From Tubulanus polymorphus (taxonomy: Eukaryota > Animalia > Nemertea), in the NCBI RefSeq assembly GCF_964204645.1, contig NC_134025.1, forward strand, positions 5,394,001-5,458,000: 64,000 nucleotides of DNA, given 5' to 3'. Numbering within the stretch: the stretch's first letter is position 1; each line of letters starts with the position of its first letter. This document shows, in pieces, positions 12,523-29,700 of the stretch. A program made the translations under genes and the position numbers. Under the pieces are notes generated by a model. That model saw only the letters and a program-made list of their open reading frames with translations. It did not search any database and had not been told where the DNA came from.

Positions 12523-13449
12523 AGAGTGAAGCAGTTTTCGATTCTTAAATGGGAGCTGTTGTAGATTGGTTATCCCGTAATGATTGTATTCTATGGAATA
12601 AGTTTTCTTGTTGCGATGAATTTTTGGATTGCTAGAGATGGTCTTTGCTGAATTTTGGTAATGGTTTTAATAGGAACCAGATTGTGACATGGATGTTTGA
12701 ATTGTTGAAATGCTGTCCAGTCTTCTAATAGATGTGTGTAGTATATAGCCTATAGAAGTTCTTTGCAATGATGTTTCAGAAGTTATGAATGATGGTTGAA
12801 AGATTCCAGCCGGGGCCGAGATGGTATTGTAAATTGTTGTTAATTAGTAGATCGTTTTATCTGCCTGGTTTGTTGTCGATGTCTTATGCTGTGTACTACT
12901 TCGTGTTAAATATTATTTTTGTATTGTGTCTTAACAGACAAGGGCGTTTTCTGTCATCCAATATGAAATGATAATTTTTGGTTCAAATTATAATACATCT
13001 ATCCGGAATTGGGAAATATTGCTGAAGAGTTAAAGGGGAAATATGAAAGAATTGATGATAACCTTTTTTTACCGTGTAAAGTAATAATTAATAATTAAAT
13101 GATAAGTAATAATTTAGTTTGGCGACAAAGATTTAGTAATCTAAAATGCTAAATTGATTTCGAATTCCAACGTATGTTGTTTATGTTCAAATATGAATAA
13201 TATAGTCTTCGAATGTAATATGGTTTACAGATTTTGATAAATAAATAACTGAACATAATTTCACATATATACGATTTGTTTTATGTTTTAAGGGGACATA
13301 GCCAATTTGGCTTTTAGTACGTACATCCAGCCATCATTGTACGCATATTGTTGAAATAATAATTTCTTGTTGTAATTTTTATATATGGCAAAAATGCATT
13401 ATCATTATGAGCATGGGACTCAACATTGACAAAGTGGACAATTTCATTA

Positions 13450-16400
13450 GTCCTCTCACGGGACAGTGTGTTGAACCGAGTCCTCTCACGTGACATTCTT
13501 TGAAACCAGGTCCTCTCACGGAACAGTAAGTTGATTCGGGTCCTCTCACGGGACAGTGTGTTGAATCGGGTCCTCTCACGGGACAGTATGTTGAATCGGG
13601 TCCTCTCACGGGACATTATTTAAAAGCGGGCCCTCTCACGGGACAGTGTGTTGAATCGGGTCCTCTCACGGGACAGAGTGTTGAATCGGGCCCTCTCACG
13701 TGACATTATTTGAAACCAGGTCCTCTCACGGGACAGTGTGTTGAACCGAGTCCTCTCACGTGACATTCTTTGAAACCAGGTCCTCTCACGGGACAGTAAG
13801 TTGATTCGGGTCCTCTCACGGGACAGTGTGTTGAATCGGGTCCTCTCACGGGACAGTATGTTGAATCGGGTCCTCTCACGGGACAGTATTTAAAATAGGG
13901 TCCACTTACGGGACAGTGGGTTGAATCGGGTCCTCTCACGGGACAGTGTGTTGAACCGGGTCCTCTCACGGGACAGTATTTAAAATCGGGTTCCTTCGCG
14001 GGAGAGTATTTAAAATAGGGTCCTCTCACGGGAGAGTGTGTTGAACCGGGTCCTCTAACGGGACAGTATTTAAAATCGGGTCCTCTCACGGGACAGTGTG
14101 TTGAATCGGGTCCTCTCACGGGACAGTATTTAAAATAGGGTCCTCTAACGAGACAGTATTCAAAATCGGGTCCTCTCACGGGACAGTGTGTTGAATCGGG
14201 CCCTCTCACGTGACATTATTTGAAACCAGGTCCTCTCACGGGACAGTAAGTTGATTCGGGTCTTCTCACGGGACAGTATTTAAAATCGGGTTCCTTCGCG
14301 GGACAGTATTTAAAATAGGGTCCTCTCACGGGACAGTGTGTTGAATCGGGTCCTCTCACGGGACAGTATTTAAAATAGGGTCCTCTAACGAGACAGTATT
14401 CAAAATCGGGTCCTCTCACGGGACAGTGTGTTGAATCGGGCCCTCTCACGTGACATTATTTGAAACCAGGTCCTCTCACGGGACAGTAAGTTGATTCGGG
14501 TCTTCTCACGGGACAGTGTGTTGAATCGGGTCCTCTCACGGGACAGTATTTAAAATCGGGTTCCTTCGCGGGACAGTATTTAAAATAGGGTCCTCTCACG
14601 GGACAGTGTGTTGAATCGGGTCCTCTCACGGGACAGTATTTAAAATCGGGTTCCTTCGCGGGACAGTATTTAAAATAGGGTCCTCTCACGGGACAGTGTG
14701 TTGAATCGGGTCCTCTCACGGGACAGTATTTAAAATCGGGTTCTTTCGCGGGACAGTATTTAAAATAGGGTCCTCTCACGGGACAGTGTGTTGAATCGGG
14801 TCCTCTCACGGGACAGTATTTAAAATCGGGTTCTTTCGCGGGACAGTATTTAAAATAGGGTCCTCTCACGGGACAGTATGTTGAATCGGGTCCTCTCACG
14901 GGACATTATTTAAAAGCGGGCCCTCTCACGGGACAGTGTGTTGAATCGGGTCCTCTCACGGGACAGAGTGTTGAATCGGGCCCTCTCACGTGACATTATT
15001 TGAAACCAGGTCCTCTCACGGGACAGTGTGTTGAACCGAGTCCTCTCACGTGACATTCTTTGAAACCAGGTCCTCTCACGGGACAGTAAGTTGATTCGGG
15101 TCCTCTCACGGGACAGTGTGTTGAATCGGGTCCTCTCACGGGACAGTATGTTGAATCGGGTCCTCTCACGGGACAGTATTTAAAATAGGGTCCACTTACG
15201 GGACAGTGGGTTGAATCGGGTCCTCTCACGGGACAGTGTGTTGAACCGGGTCCTCTCACGGGACAGTATTTAAAATCGGGTTCCTTCGCGGGAGAGTATT
15301 TAAAATAGGGTCCTCTCACGGGAGAGTGTGTTGAACCGGGTCCTCTAACGGGACAGTATTTAAAATCGGGTCCTCTCACGGGACAGTGTGTTGAATCGGG
15401 TCCTCTCACGGGACAGTATTTAAAATCGGGTTCCTTCGCGGGACAGTATTTAAAATAGGGTCCTCTCACGGGACAGTGTGTTGAATCGGGTCCTCTCACG
15501 GGACAGTATTTAAAATCGGGTTCTTTCGCGGGACAGTATTTAAAATAGGGTCCTCTCACGGGACAGTGTGTTGAATCGGGTCCTCTCACGGGACAGTATT
15601 TAAAATCGGGTTCCTTCGCGGGACAGTTTTTAAAATAGGGTCCTCTCACGGGAGAGTGTGTTGAACCGGGTCCTCTAACGGGACAGTATTTAAAATCGGG
15701 TCCTCTCACGGGACAGTGTGTTGAATCGGGTCCTCTCACGGGGCAGTATTTAAAATAGGGTCCTCTAACGAGACAGTATTCAAAATCGGGTCCTCTCACG
15801 GGACAGTGTGTTGAATCGGGCCCTCTCACGTGACATTATTTGAAACCAGGTCCTCTCACGGGACAGTAAGTTGATTCGGGTCTTCTCACGGGACAGTGTG
15901 TTGAATCGGGTCCTCTCACGGGACAGTATTTAAAATCGGGTTCCTTCGCGGGACAGTATTTAAAATAGGGTCCTCTCACGGGACAGTGTGTTGAATCGGG
16001 TCCTCTCACGGGACAGTATTTAAAATCGGGTTCCTTCGCGGGACAGTATTTAAAATAGGGTCCTCTCACGGGACAGTGTGTTGAATCGGGTCCTCTCACG
16101 GGACAGTATTTAAAATCGGGTTCCTTCGCGGGACAGTATTTAAAATAGGGTCCTCTCACGGGACAGTGTGTTGAATCGGGTCCTCTCACGGGACAGTATT
16201 TAAAATCGGGTTCCTTCGCGGGACAGTATTTAAAATAGGGTCCTCTCACGGGACAGTGTGTTGAATCGGGTCCTCTCACGGACAGTATTTAAAATCGGGT
16301 TCCTTCGCGGGACAGTATTTAAAATAGGGTCCTCTCACGGGACAGTGTGTTGAATCGGGTCCTCTCACGGACAGTATTTAAAATCGGGTTCCTTCGCGGG

Positions 16401-16836
16401 ACAGTATTTAAAATAGGGTCCTCTCACGGGACAGTGTGTTGAATCGGGTCCTCTCACGGGACAGTATTTAAAATCGGGTTCCTTCGCGGGACAGTATTTA
16501 AAATAGGGTCCTCTCACGGGACAGTGTGTTGAATCGGGTCCTCTCACGGGACAGTATTTAAAATAGGGTCCTCTCACGGGACATTGTGTTGAATCGGGTC
16601 CTCTCACGGGACAGTATTTAAAATCGGGTTCCTTCGCGGGACAGTAATTGAAATAGGGTCCTCTCACGGGACAGTGTGTTGAACCGGGTCCTCTAACGGG
16701 ACAGTATTCAAAATCGGGTCCTCTCACGGAACAGTGTGTTTAATCGGGTCCTCTCACGGGACAGTATTTAAAATCGGGTCCTCTCACGGGACATTGTGTT
16801 GAATCGGGACCTCTCACGGAACGGTAACTTGAATCG
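13450..16836 (-). repeat. Right 30-bp minisatellite array, about 113 units, inverted relative to the left array
   Basis: Unit TCCTCTCACG GGACAGTGTG TTGAATCGGG is the reverse complement of the left unit. Runs of 90-bp trimers. A 1290-bp higher-order duplication (rare variants at 13621 and 14911; 13901 and 15191). Confidence 0.98.
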
Positions 16837-17091
16837 CGGGTTCCGTTGTAAAATCCTGCGTGAAAAACGTGCATTCATATCCCCTATTGTCCCCCTGGCC
16901 CTGCAGTAAATTAGAATTTTTCGGTAGGCCCTTATGTATTTATAAATGAAATCAAAATGGAAAATGTAATAATTACAATCGATAGTTGAATTTATTTATT
17001 CATAATCGTTATAGGCAGAATACATAAGAATATATAAGGGACTCGAAACCGCTAGCATTGGAATCGACGTTTCATGTATGAATTCTACATT

Positions 17092-17152
17092 TGTCCCGTG
17101 AGAGGACCCATGTCCCGTCACAGGCCCGGGTCCTCTCACGGGACGCTGCAGT
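17092..17152 (-). repeat. Right TIR with subterminal hairpin
   Basis: 17093-17109 and 17128-17144 are a perfect 17-bp inverted pair enclosing a third motif copy. Ends GCTGCAGT followed by TTAA. Confidence 0.85.
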
Positions 17153-17196
17153 TTAACTCATATGGATTGCACCAAAATGATGAAATACATCGAGAA

Positions 17197-18579
17197 ATGC
17201 TAAGATTTGGCCGTTTAATAGGTACCCAAGTTAGAAGAATGGAGCCTCGCATGAAAATCACCATCAAGGATGTTAGTAGTGGTAAGGTTGACGTAGGCCG
17301 CTGTTAGTGTTAAATCAGTTTTAACCTCTCTCTGTTCTAACCAATCAATCTTTTGCCTTTTTGGTGGTAAGGCTTCTTATAATCGGATTTTACTAACCAA
17401 CAATGTGGTTTGTGAAACTATCCGATCGTGAACCTAAACCAAAGACATCTTCTGACTTGGGTTCAATGATTTGCCAGTACGGGTTGGTCATTGATACGGT
17501 ACTTCCATTCACTATCGATTAAATTGTGACATCCCTGTATTCTTTCTTATTTCATGATATATCACTGACTTATTGAATTATCAAGCCTTAAACAATCAAT
17601 TCATTCACAATTCACTGCAATGTTTCTAATTCAAATTATATTTGTTCAAATTAATGCTTAAGTTTGATGTATCTTTCAGATGAATGTATCGTTCAAGCAA
17701 CTGAGACTCTGAACAGAGGAAATATTATTGCAATTCCAACTGACACCATATATGGTGTAGCAGGGCTTGCTCAAAATAGTGATGCGATCAGTAAGATATA
17801 TGAATTAAAGAACAGAAATCCAGAAAAACCGATTGCTATTTGTGTGGCAGATATTGAGGATGTATTTAAGTATGTTCTGTTTTTTGATTATCAAAGGTTT
17901 TTGATATATGCTTGGTTTAGAAAATTTTATGTTGGATTTTCCAGATGGGGTAAAGTAACGCTTAGTATCAATCAATTACATGAATTGCTTCCCGGACCCG
18001 TCACCTTACTGTTTGAGAGAACGAATGCTTTAAATGCAGATCTCAATCCCAAAACCAGCATCGTAGGAATCCGCATACCAGATCACAATTTCGTTCGTCA
18101 GCTTGTAAGATGTTGTGGTGGACCACTAGCACTGACTAGTGCCAATATCAGCTCTACCCGCAGTACATTAGCCATTCAGGTAGGCAACTGGGTTTGTAAT
18201 GAATTTTACTGAATTGAAAATTACTGCAGGTAATCGCATTACAACTAGATGATAACTTTATTAGCAGCATTTCATTTGCCATTGAATCTATAGGAATTCA
18301 AAGATATCTGGCCGAAATTAGATATGGTTTGTGATGGTGGTATATTAGGAGACACTTTAGAATCTCGTGCTGGATCAACTGTCGTTGATCTCTCTAAGCA
18401 GGGCCAATTCAAGATTGTAAGAGAAGGAAGGTAAGATTATCATACACATTTTTGAATGGAATCTTTCACTTATCGTTATTAAAACAATTAAATCTATCTA
18501 TTCCAGTGCATACAAGGAAACTGTAAATAAACTGGTCAAAAACTTTAATCTACAAGACACCACACAACCAGATTCGTGA
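17197..18579 (+). CDS. YRDC: Threonylcarbamoyl-AMP synthase (YrdC/Sua5 family), 239 aa; exons 17197-17281, 17680-17869, 17945-18179, 18294-18430, 18507-18579
   Basis: Motifs IAIPTDTIYG, IYELKNRNPEKP, LLPGPVT, VGIRIPDH, LALTSANIS and GSTVVDL. Exons total 720 nt in frame. N-terminus MLRFGRLIGTQVRR resembles a mitochondrial presequence. Confidence 0.95.
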
Positions 18580-18988
18580 CACACATAGTGACTAGTCAAC
18601 ACCACTTATCCTGTGATAGACAGTTTTATAAATGATTAATAACATTATGATCTAGGCTTTGTGTTTAATAAACCATCTCGGATGCTGGGTTTGCATTTCA
18701 CAGAAATTGAATAAAAATCCAATGCAATGACAATGTCAGGCAACAATGAAATAAGGATTTACTTTTATTTTATTCAAATATCTGATGATAGACACGTATG
18801 TATAATGTACAGACATGACTTGTAATAATAAACAGTTTTCAGGAATCACAAGTGTTTTTTTCATACTGTCCCCATGGTGTGGCTCCATTTGGGGCCAGTG
18901 ACATCCTACTTGTAAACCCATTTCGTTGGTTCTACAACATGCAGACAAACTGGTTCTGATTTGGTCTATGTAAGTTAGTCAGATTTTG

Positions 18989-19315
18989 TCAGGAGTCCTG
19001 TTTCTGTTTATTGTCTCGTTCTGCTACTAGGATCTTAGTCCATTCTATTTGATCCTGAAGATTTTTTAGATTTTGGGTCTTTTTCATTGCTTGACGCTCC
19101 ACATCACGGTAAACTCCTTCTCTTAACCTCTGAAAATGAAGTTTGAGGTAAATTTAGAACATACATTGGGTTCTACTCTGACTGATGGGCAACCAGTCCG
19201 TGATGTGTAGCCTACTAACCTCTCGCTCGGTCTTTTGTTTGAAATGCACATAAACTATGATACCAGTAGATACGATGATGGAGCCACCTAGAGTCACCTT
19301 CGAAGCCAAAGACAT
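18989..19315 (-). CDS. PET117: Cytochrome c oxidase assembly factor PET117, 78 aa; exons 19315-19220, 19129-18989
   Basis: MSLASKVTLGGSIIVSTGIIVYVHFKQKTERE|RLREGVYRDVERQAMKKTQNLKNLQDQIEWTKIL... has the PET117 pattern: TM segment, VHxxQ, LRxGVxRDxERQ. Confidence 0.92.
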
Positions 19316-19619
19316 CTGAAAAAATAGGGTCGGGTATATCAATTGTAATCTTTCCGGTCCGCATCGTTTTTGACAGCCGATTGATAACCACGAGGTGCTG
19401 CCACCTATGCAGTGTGAAACCACCTTAACTGTCAATGATCGGTTATTCAATAAATGCTTAAACCGACTGAGGCATCAAATTAAGATAATTTGTTCAATTG
19501 ACCCATGAATTAGTCTCATAATTACATTCGGGCATAATTACATTCTATTTTGATAGATAAAATCATAAAAAACCTTCAATTTCCTTTTTGAGCGCTCTGC
19601 GACCTTGAGATTTTATATC

Positions 19620-19682
19620 AGCCAATCAGAGGTCAGAGTTTGGTTACTATGGTAACGGCCCTGCGAGCTTCACTTCCGCCCG
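19620..19682. promoter_or_regulatory. Bidirectional PET117/DZANK1 promoter with CCAAT box, RFX X-box and ETS-like site
   Basis: AGCCAATCAG at 19620, GTTACTATGGTAAC at 19643-19656, CACTTCCGC at 19671. Candidate first-exon donors on both strands nearby (about 19573 on -, 19770 on +). Confidence 0.7.
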
Positions 19683-20219
19683 TTCACTTTTGCTGCAAAT
19701 TTCAATCAAAATCTATGGCTGAATGCGGATTTTGATTGTTTGCAAACAGCCTAGAGAATTGGTTAGAAGGTAAATGTAAAACAGTTACAGATAACTTAAA
19801 CCTCTTTAAGTAAAGAAGGAGAGAGGAGCGTCGTTTGATTATTTGTTTGGATTATGTCAAGCCACAACACAGCAGCAAGCAGGCTAGCTATTTTTCTTAA
19901 ATTTTGGGTTGGTCTTGGGATCAGTTTAAAATTTGTTTTTTAAGTCAATGAAAATGAATGAGAAATTTAGTGGGTTGGGCCAACTTCCTTTCTTCCAAGC
20001 TTGTTCTTTTTTTGTAAGGTCTAGTAAGGATACTGCCCAGTAGTAGTTCAACGTAATTGATGATGGTTAAAATTAAGTCTACTCATCAATTCACCAATTT
20101 TTAACTCAATGTAAATCATTGATTGAAATTAAGTCTACTTATCAATTCACCAATTGTTCTGCGACGCGTCCTACAATGTCAATACAACCACCTTGATTCA
20201 TTTTCAGAACGCTACCACC

Positions 20220-25483
<5,264 letters not shown>

Positions 25484-26267
25484 TGAAATGAGAATAGAGG
25501 GATAGTTTTAATTTCCCTTGATAAAACAATGGTTTGAATTATGTTTAAAATTCAACCGAGTTAAATTGATCTGTAAAGAAATGTGAGAATTTTGGAATTT
25601 TATCGTGTCAATGACATTTCCATCCATGATCAATTGATGTTTGTGTAAATAGACTTATTATTTCAATTATCTATATTATATTTATTTACTTGTATTTGTA
25701 TGAAGTATACAATTTTATATTATTAGTTAATTTATTAAAAACTCATTGAATTATGATTACAAATGCCAAAGTGCAATGGTATGCATGACATATCAGTTTA
25801 TATTGTAGGTGCCTTCACTTATTACACATTCGATGGAAATTATTTTTATATATGTCTTTAGTCAAAAAGAATTTGCCCTTATAATGTCTTAGGTATAATG
25901 ACTGTAGATTATTGTATTTGAACATTTGATGGTCTAGATTGCTCAGAGTCAGAATAGTGATAGAATGTGCTTTAGTAAACGTAATCATGAAAAGTAGTAA
26001 TTTTATATACATGTTATCGCAATTCATAAATTCACTGTGATAAGGATTAACCGCACGGATCCATTCATTCATTCATGATTCATTCAATAAATATTATACT
26101 CATTTGTCCCCTATCTGCAATGTTTAACTTTTTATTTTTTGGGTGCTTTCAGACCAAATAAGCGAGTTTCTGCTATTGGTTGTGGTATTCGTGGACCGAT
26201 CACTTAATAAAATGAATCAGGACTGGGGAGTGACCTATTAACATTCTAATTACGAGTTGGTGAACAA

Positions 26268-26599
26268 AGGCCTTTTTATGAACACTCGATTAGTATATTC
26301 GAGTATGCAAAACGTTTTTATGAGCATGGATTATGTCATAATCCGTCATTTTTATGAACATTGGTTATCATAATTATTTAGCATACTCAGCATACTCGCT
26401 CGGCGAGCAAGTATGCCGATTATCTAATCCAACCGATATGGTGTTCTCGGTAGAAGTCGCTGCTGAGTAGGCCATAATTGAATAATTTCTACCTGGCGTT
26501 TTTATCAACCAACATACCCGGTTATGCTAATTGACACTAATCGGCTATATAATCTAAATAGCTAATCTATTTCGATTTTGCTGGTTCATAAAAAGGCCT
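26268..26599. mobile_element. MITE with 16-bp TIRs, possibly PIF/Harbinger-like
   Basis: AGGCCTTTTTATGAAC at 26268 and GTTCATAAAAAGGCCT ending 26599. Internal copies of TTTTTATGA(A/G)CA. No clean TSD. Confidence 0.65.
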
Positions 26600-26745
26600 C
26601 ATCTTCGAAGCCGAATCTGGAATGTCGTACCTTGGATATTTATGGAGCCATCCTCCATACATTGTATATACTAGAATATTTACCGTCGCGTGCTGCCACC
26701 TAGCAATCAGAGTTTGTTTACATATGGCGGTCAAGATCAACAAGA

Positions 26746-29700
26746 ATGGGTAAAGAATCGAATGATACTGTGCAATATCACGCTAGACTCGACAAAACAC
26801 CAGAACCCCGTGTTTTTGAACACCTAGATATCGAAGACAAACGTGCATTGTGTAATTTAAGAACAGCTGGTTCGGGCTACCGCTCGAAACTCGCATCATT
26901 GAGAGATGAAATCGATGAAAAGTGAGTTTTTGTTGAGACGTTCAACTTATCTTTTTTTTCTTAAAATGATATATGAATTTCAATACTGCGTCGTTTCTAC
27001 CTTGAACATTTTCTAATCCGTACGTATAACATATATAGTTAAACAGTCCTAATGGGCTGGCTAACAACTATAGTAGGCCTATACGTTCAGACTCGTAGAG
27101 CGCGGCCCTGCTGGTGCCCCGGTGGTGGGGAACCCCCTGCAAAAATTTTTAGTTTTGCTCATTTTATGAACTGAGCCAAATTTTCAAACTTTTTCTTGGG
27201 GAGACCCTGCTCAGTACCAACAGAATTATGAATATGAACCCACCTGCATACTTCCCACACTGTAAATATGGGACTGATGTTCATTTACCAAAAAATCAAT
27301 AGGCCTATATGGTGTTTTGGAACGGTGGTTTAGTAAAATCATGCTTCATTTTTATAAGCAATTCATGAATTCATGAAAACATTTTATGCTTAATATTCTT
27401 ACAGGCTACTTGTAAATTATTCTTCTATTATTTAGTTGAGCTATTGTAAATTATTAATACGGTTTGTAAAATGTTTATTTATATGCATGATAATGCTTTG
27501 GTATAGGTTGGCTCAGGTTTTTTTAATACTTAAAGCCTTTTGACTTATTTCAATACTGCTGCTGGTATTTACTCTGTTGGTTGAACGAGTTTCCTTATAT
27601 AATAGCCTATCACTCACTCTATCAGCTAGAATTTAGTCTCAACTTTCACCACTAGATGGTAGCACGAGTTGTTTTTAGTATCTATTATGTGGCAGTTTTT
27701 CATGCGCGCATGCCGGCATCGTTTTGTAAAGCTTATTAAAGATAAATTTGATTGACTGTCGTCGGATGATAGCGAATTAAGACCTGCGCAAATTCACTTC
27801 ACGCATTGTCAAACAGCTAATGCTATTACCGACGAATGATGTCAAATACTCTCGAAGATTACCACCGTACAATTGTGGCCGGTGAAGTCCTAACACCGCC
27901 GCGTGAATACAAAACAAAGTGTCTCTCAAATCAGCCAGAAAATATCCGTTGTACACGTTGATTACGGCTAATTTAAATAAGCCCTTTTGCAGCAATGGCG
28001 AGATAATTGGATGATTATAGTGGCCGGAAAATTTCGTCGATATTAATTCATCGATTTCGCTTATCGCACGCAATCCTGTCAAAGACGCGCATTGATATCA
28101 GGCGCGCGCAGATCACAGTGAGGAACGCGAGACGAAATATCGTCGATTCGCGTAAATGAGTGGCATCATATGTGCGATCATGATTAATGTAAATTTGTTC
28201 ACAGATCACAAGCGCGTTGATGAACGGTTATTACATGTGTCGGGTAAACTTACCCTGAGGCCGACGCACAAAATTTCACTGCTCGGTGTACAGGAATGAG
28301 AACATCGATTTCGATCCCTAGAAATAAACTTGAAATTGGATCCTTTGAAAAAATTTTGAAATTGAGAAAGATTTGAAAACTTTCTCAATTGATATTTAAC
28401 TCGATTGTAAGCTTTTGTAATCGGATTGGCTCGTATGTGAAAATATCCGATCTAGAAATCAAATCACAGTCAGGTTACCGACTAATTATAGCATATAATG
28501 AATTATATGAAAATCCAATTTGCTTCAAATTTTAAAAGCTATTATATTGGCACATTTTCTTGTTGGCCCCTGGCAAAAAATGCCTCTGTGTGATTCTACA
28601 TCTGGTACAGCTGTTTGATAAATAGTTTCCATATACTCCAGACTCAGATAATCATTCAATGTATATCTATATGGCAGCAGGTGTTTATATCAGTACTAGA
28701 CTGCTGTGGAATATTGTAGTAGTACGCACTGCTGTAGATATCCATATATGTATGAAGGCCCCTATGGGTAATTCATGAAAAGAGCCACATGGATAGTATT
28801 CTTGGCATTAAAAAAAATTAGTACACCTTAGGGACAAGTTTCATATACTGGTATCAACTTGAACCCAGGATTTAGTTTGTAAGTACATCATTAGCTCGTA
28901 TGATTAGTGTCTTTGAATGTTATTTGCAATAATCCTTTTCTTTCTGAGATTTCAATCACACGGGCTCGTATTTGAAGTTTTGGGGTCAACTGTTGCTTAG
29001 TTCATCCAGTATCCTTGAAGTTTGGGGTGAACTGTAGCTTAGATCATCCAGTTTCAGAGATACTGGATGATATAAGCTATAGTTTACCCCCAAATTCAAA
29101 TACGAGCCCTGTGATTTCAATGAAATGAACTGTGGATGTATAAACTAGTATGTCCATGATTGAGCAGAGTTAAATTTGATTCATTAGCCTATCGGTATTT
29201 CTACAGCTTTTAAAGGCATCTCGCAGAAGTCTATTACACCAATGGCAGTGACCCCAACACATCAGCAATGTTCCATATAGACCAACATTGAAGGATTTCG
29301 AAAAATTCTGCATTCTATTACTTTTGATTTTCCACCCTTTGTTCATCGATGAAGTCTTCAGTTTCCCAATAGATGACAATTTCTGTTCTAATATTTTGAC
29401 CGGATATGAAATGGTATAGGCCTAGGTCTAATAGTATAAATGGGTGGAGTGAAAAATGACTAACGAGTCATATTGATTTCAGTATTATTAATCATCACTA
29501 CACACATATACACTGATATGCATATTCATAAAGCTATCCATAAAAACTGAATCATGTCATCATGTGCGGCTGCGACACTAAAGCCTCACTCGCTTAATCT
29601 GGACATTTTTGCCTTATGTTTCCTGTACAAATAGGTTAGTAAAGCACTAAAAAGATAGTTGGAATATAAAATTGTATGTTGAGGTGGCATGGTACAGACC

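Larger units (their letters stand above)
7588..17152. mobile_element. Non-autonomous foldback-like TIR DNA element (9565 bp) with inverted minisatellite arms and a cargo pseudogene
   Basis: Left end GG-TTAA-ACTGCAGC[10-nt insert]GTCCCGTGAGAGGACCTGGGGCCTGTGACGGGACA. Right end is its near reverse complement TGTCCCGTCACAGGCCCGGGTCCTCTCACGGGACGCTGCAGT-TTAA-C. TTAA duplicated at 7584-7587 and 17153-17156 (or a TA duplication with AACTG termini). Confidence 0.88.

Noticed and set aside
8054-16836. CRISPR-like look of a constant core with variable spacer
   Set aside because: The spacers are short recurring variants rather than unique sequences, the context is eukaryotic, and there are no cas genes.
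20067-20155. Two-copy duplication of about 30 bp in DZANK1 intron 1, and a similar one at about 61733-61782
   Set aside because: Ordinary local slippage duplications.
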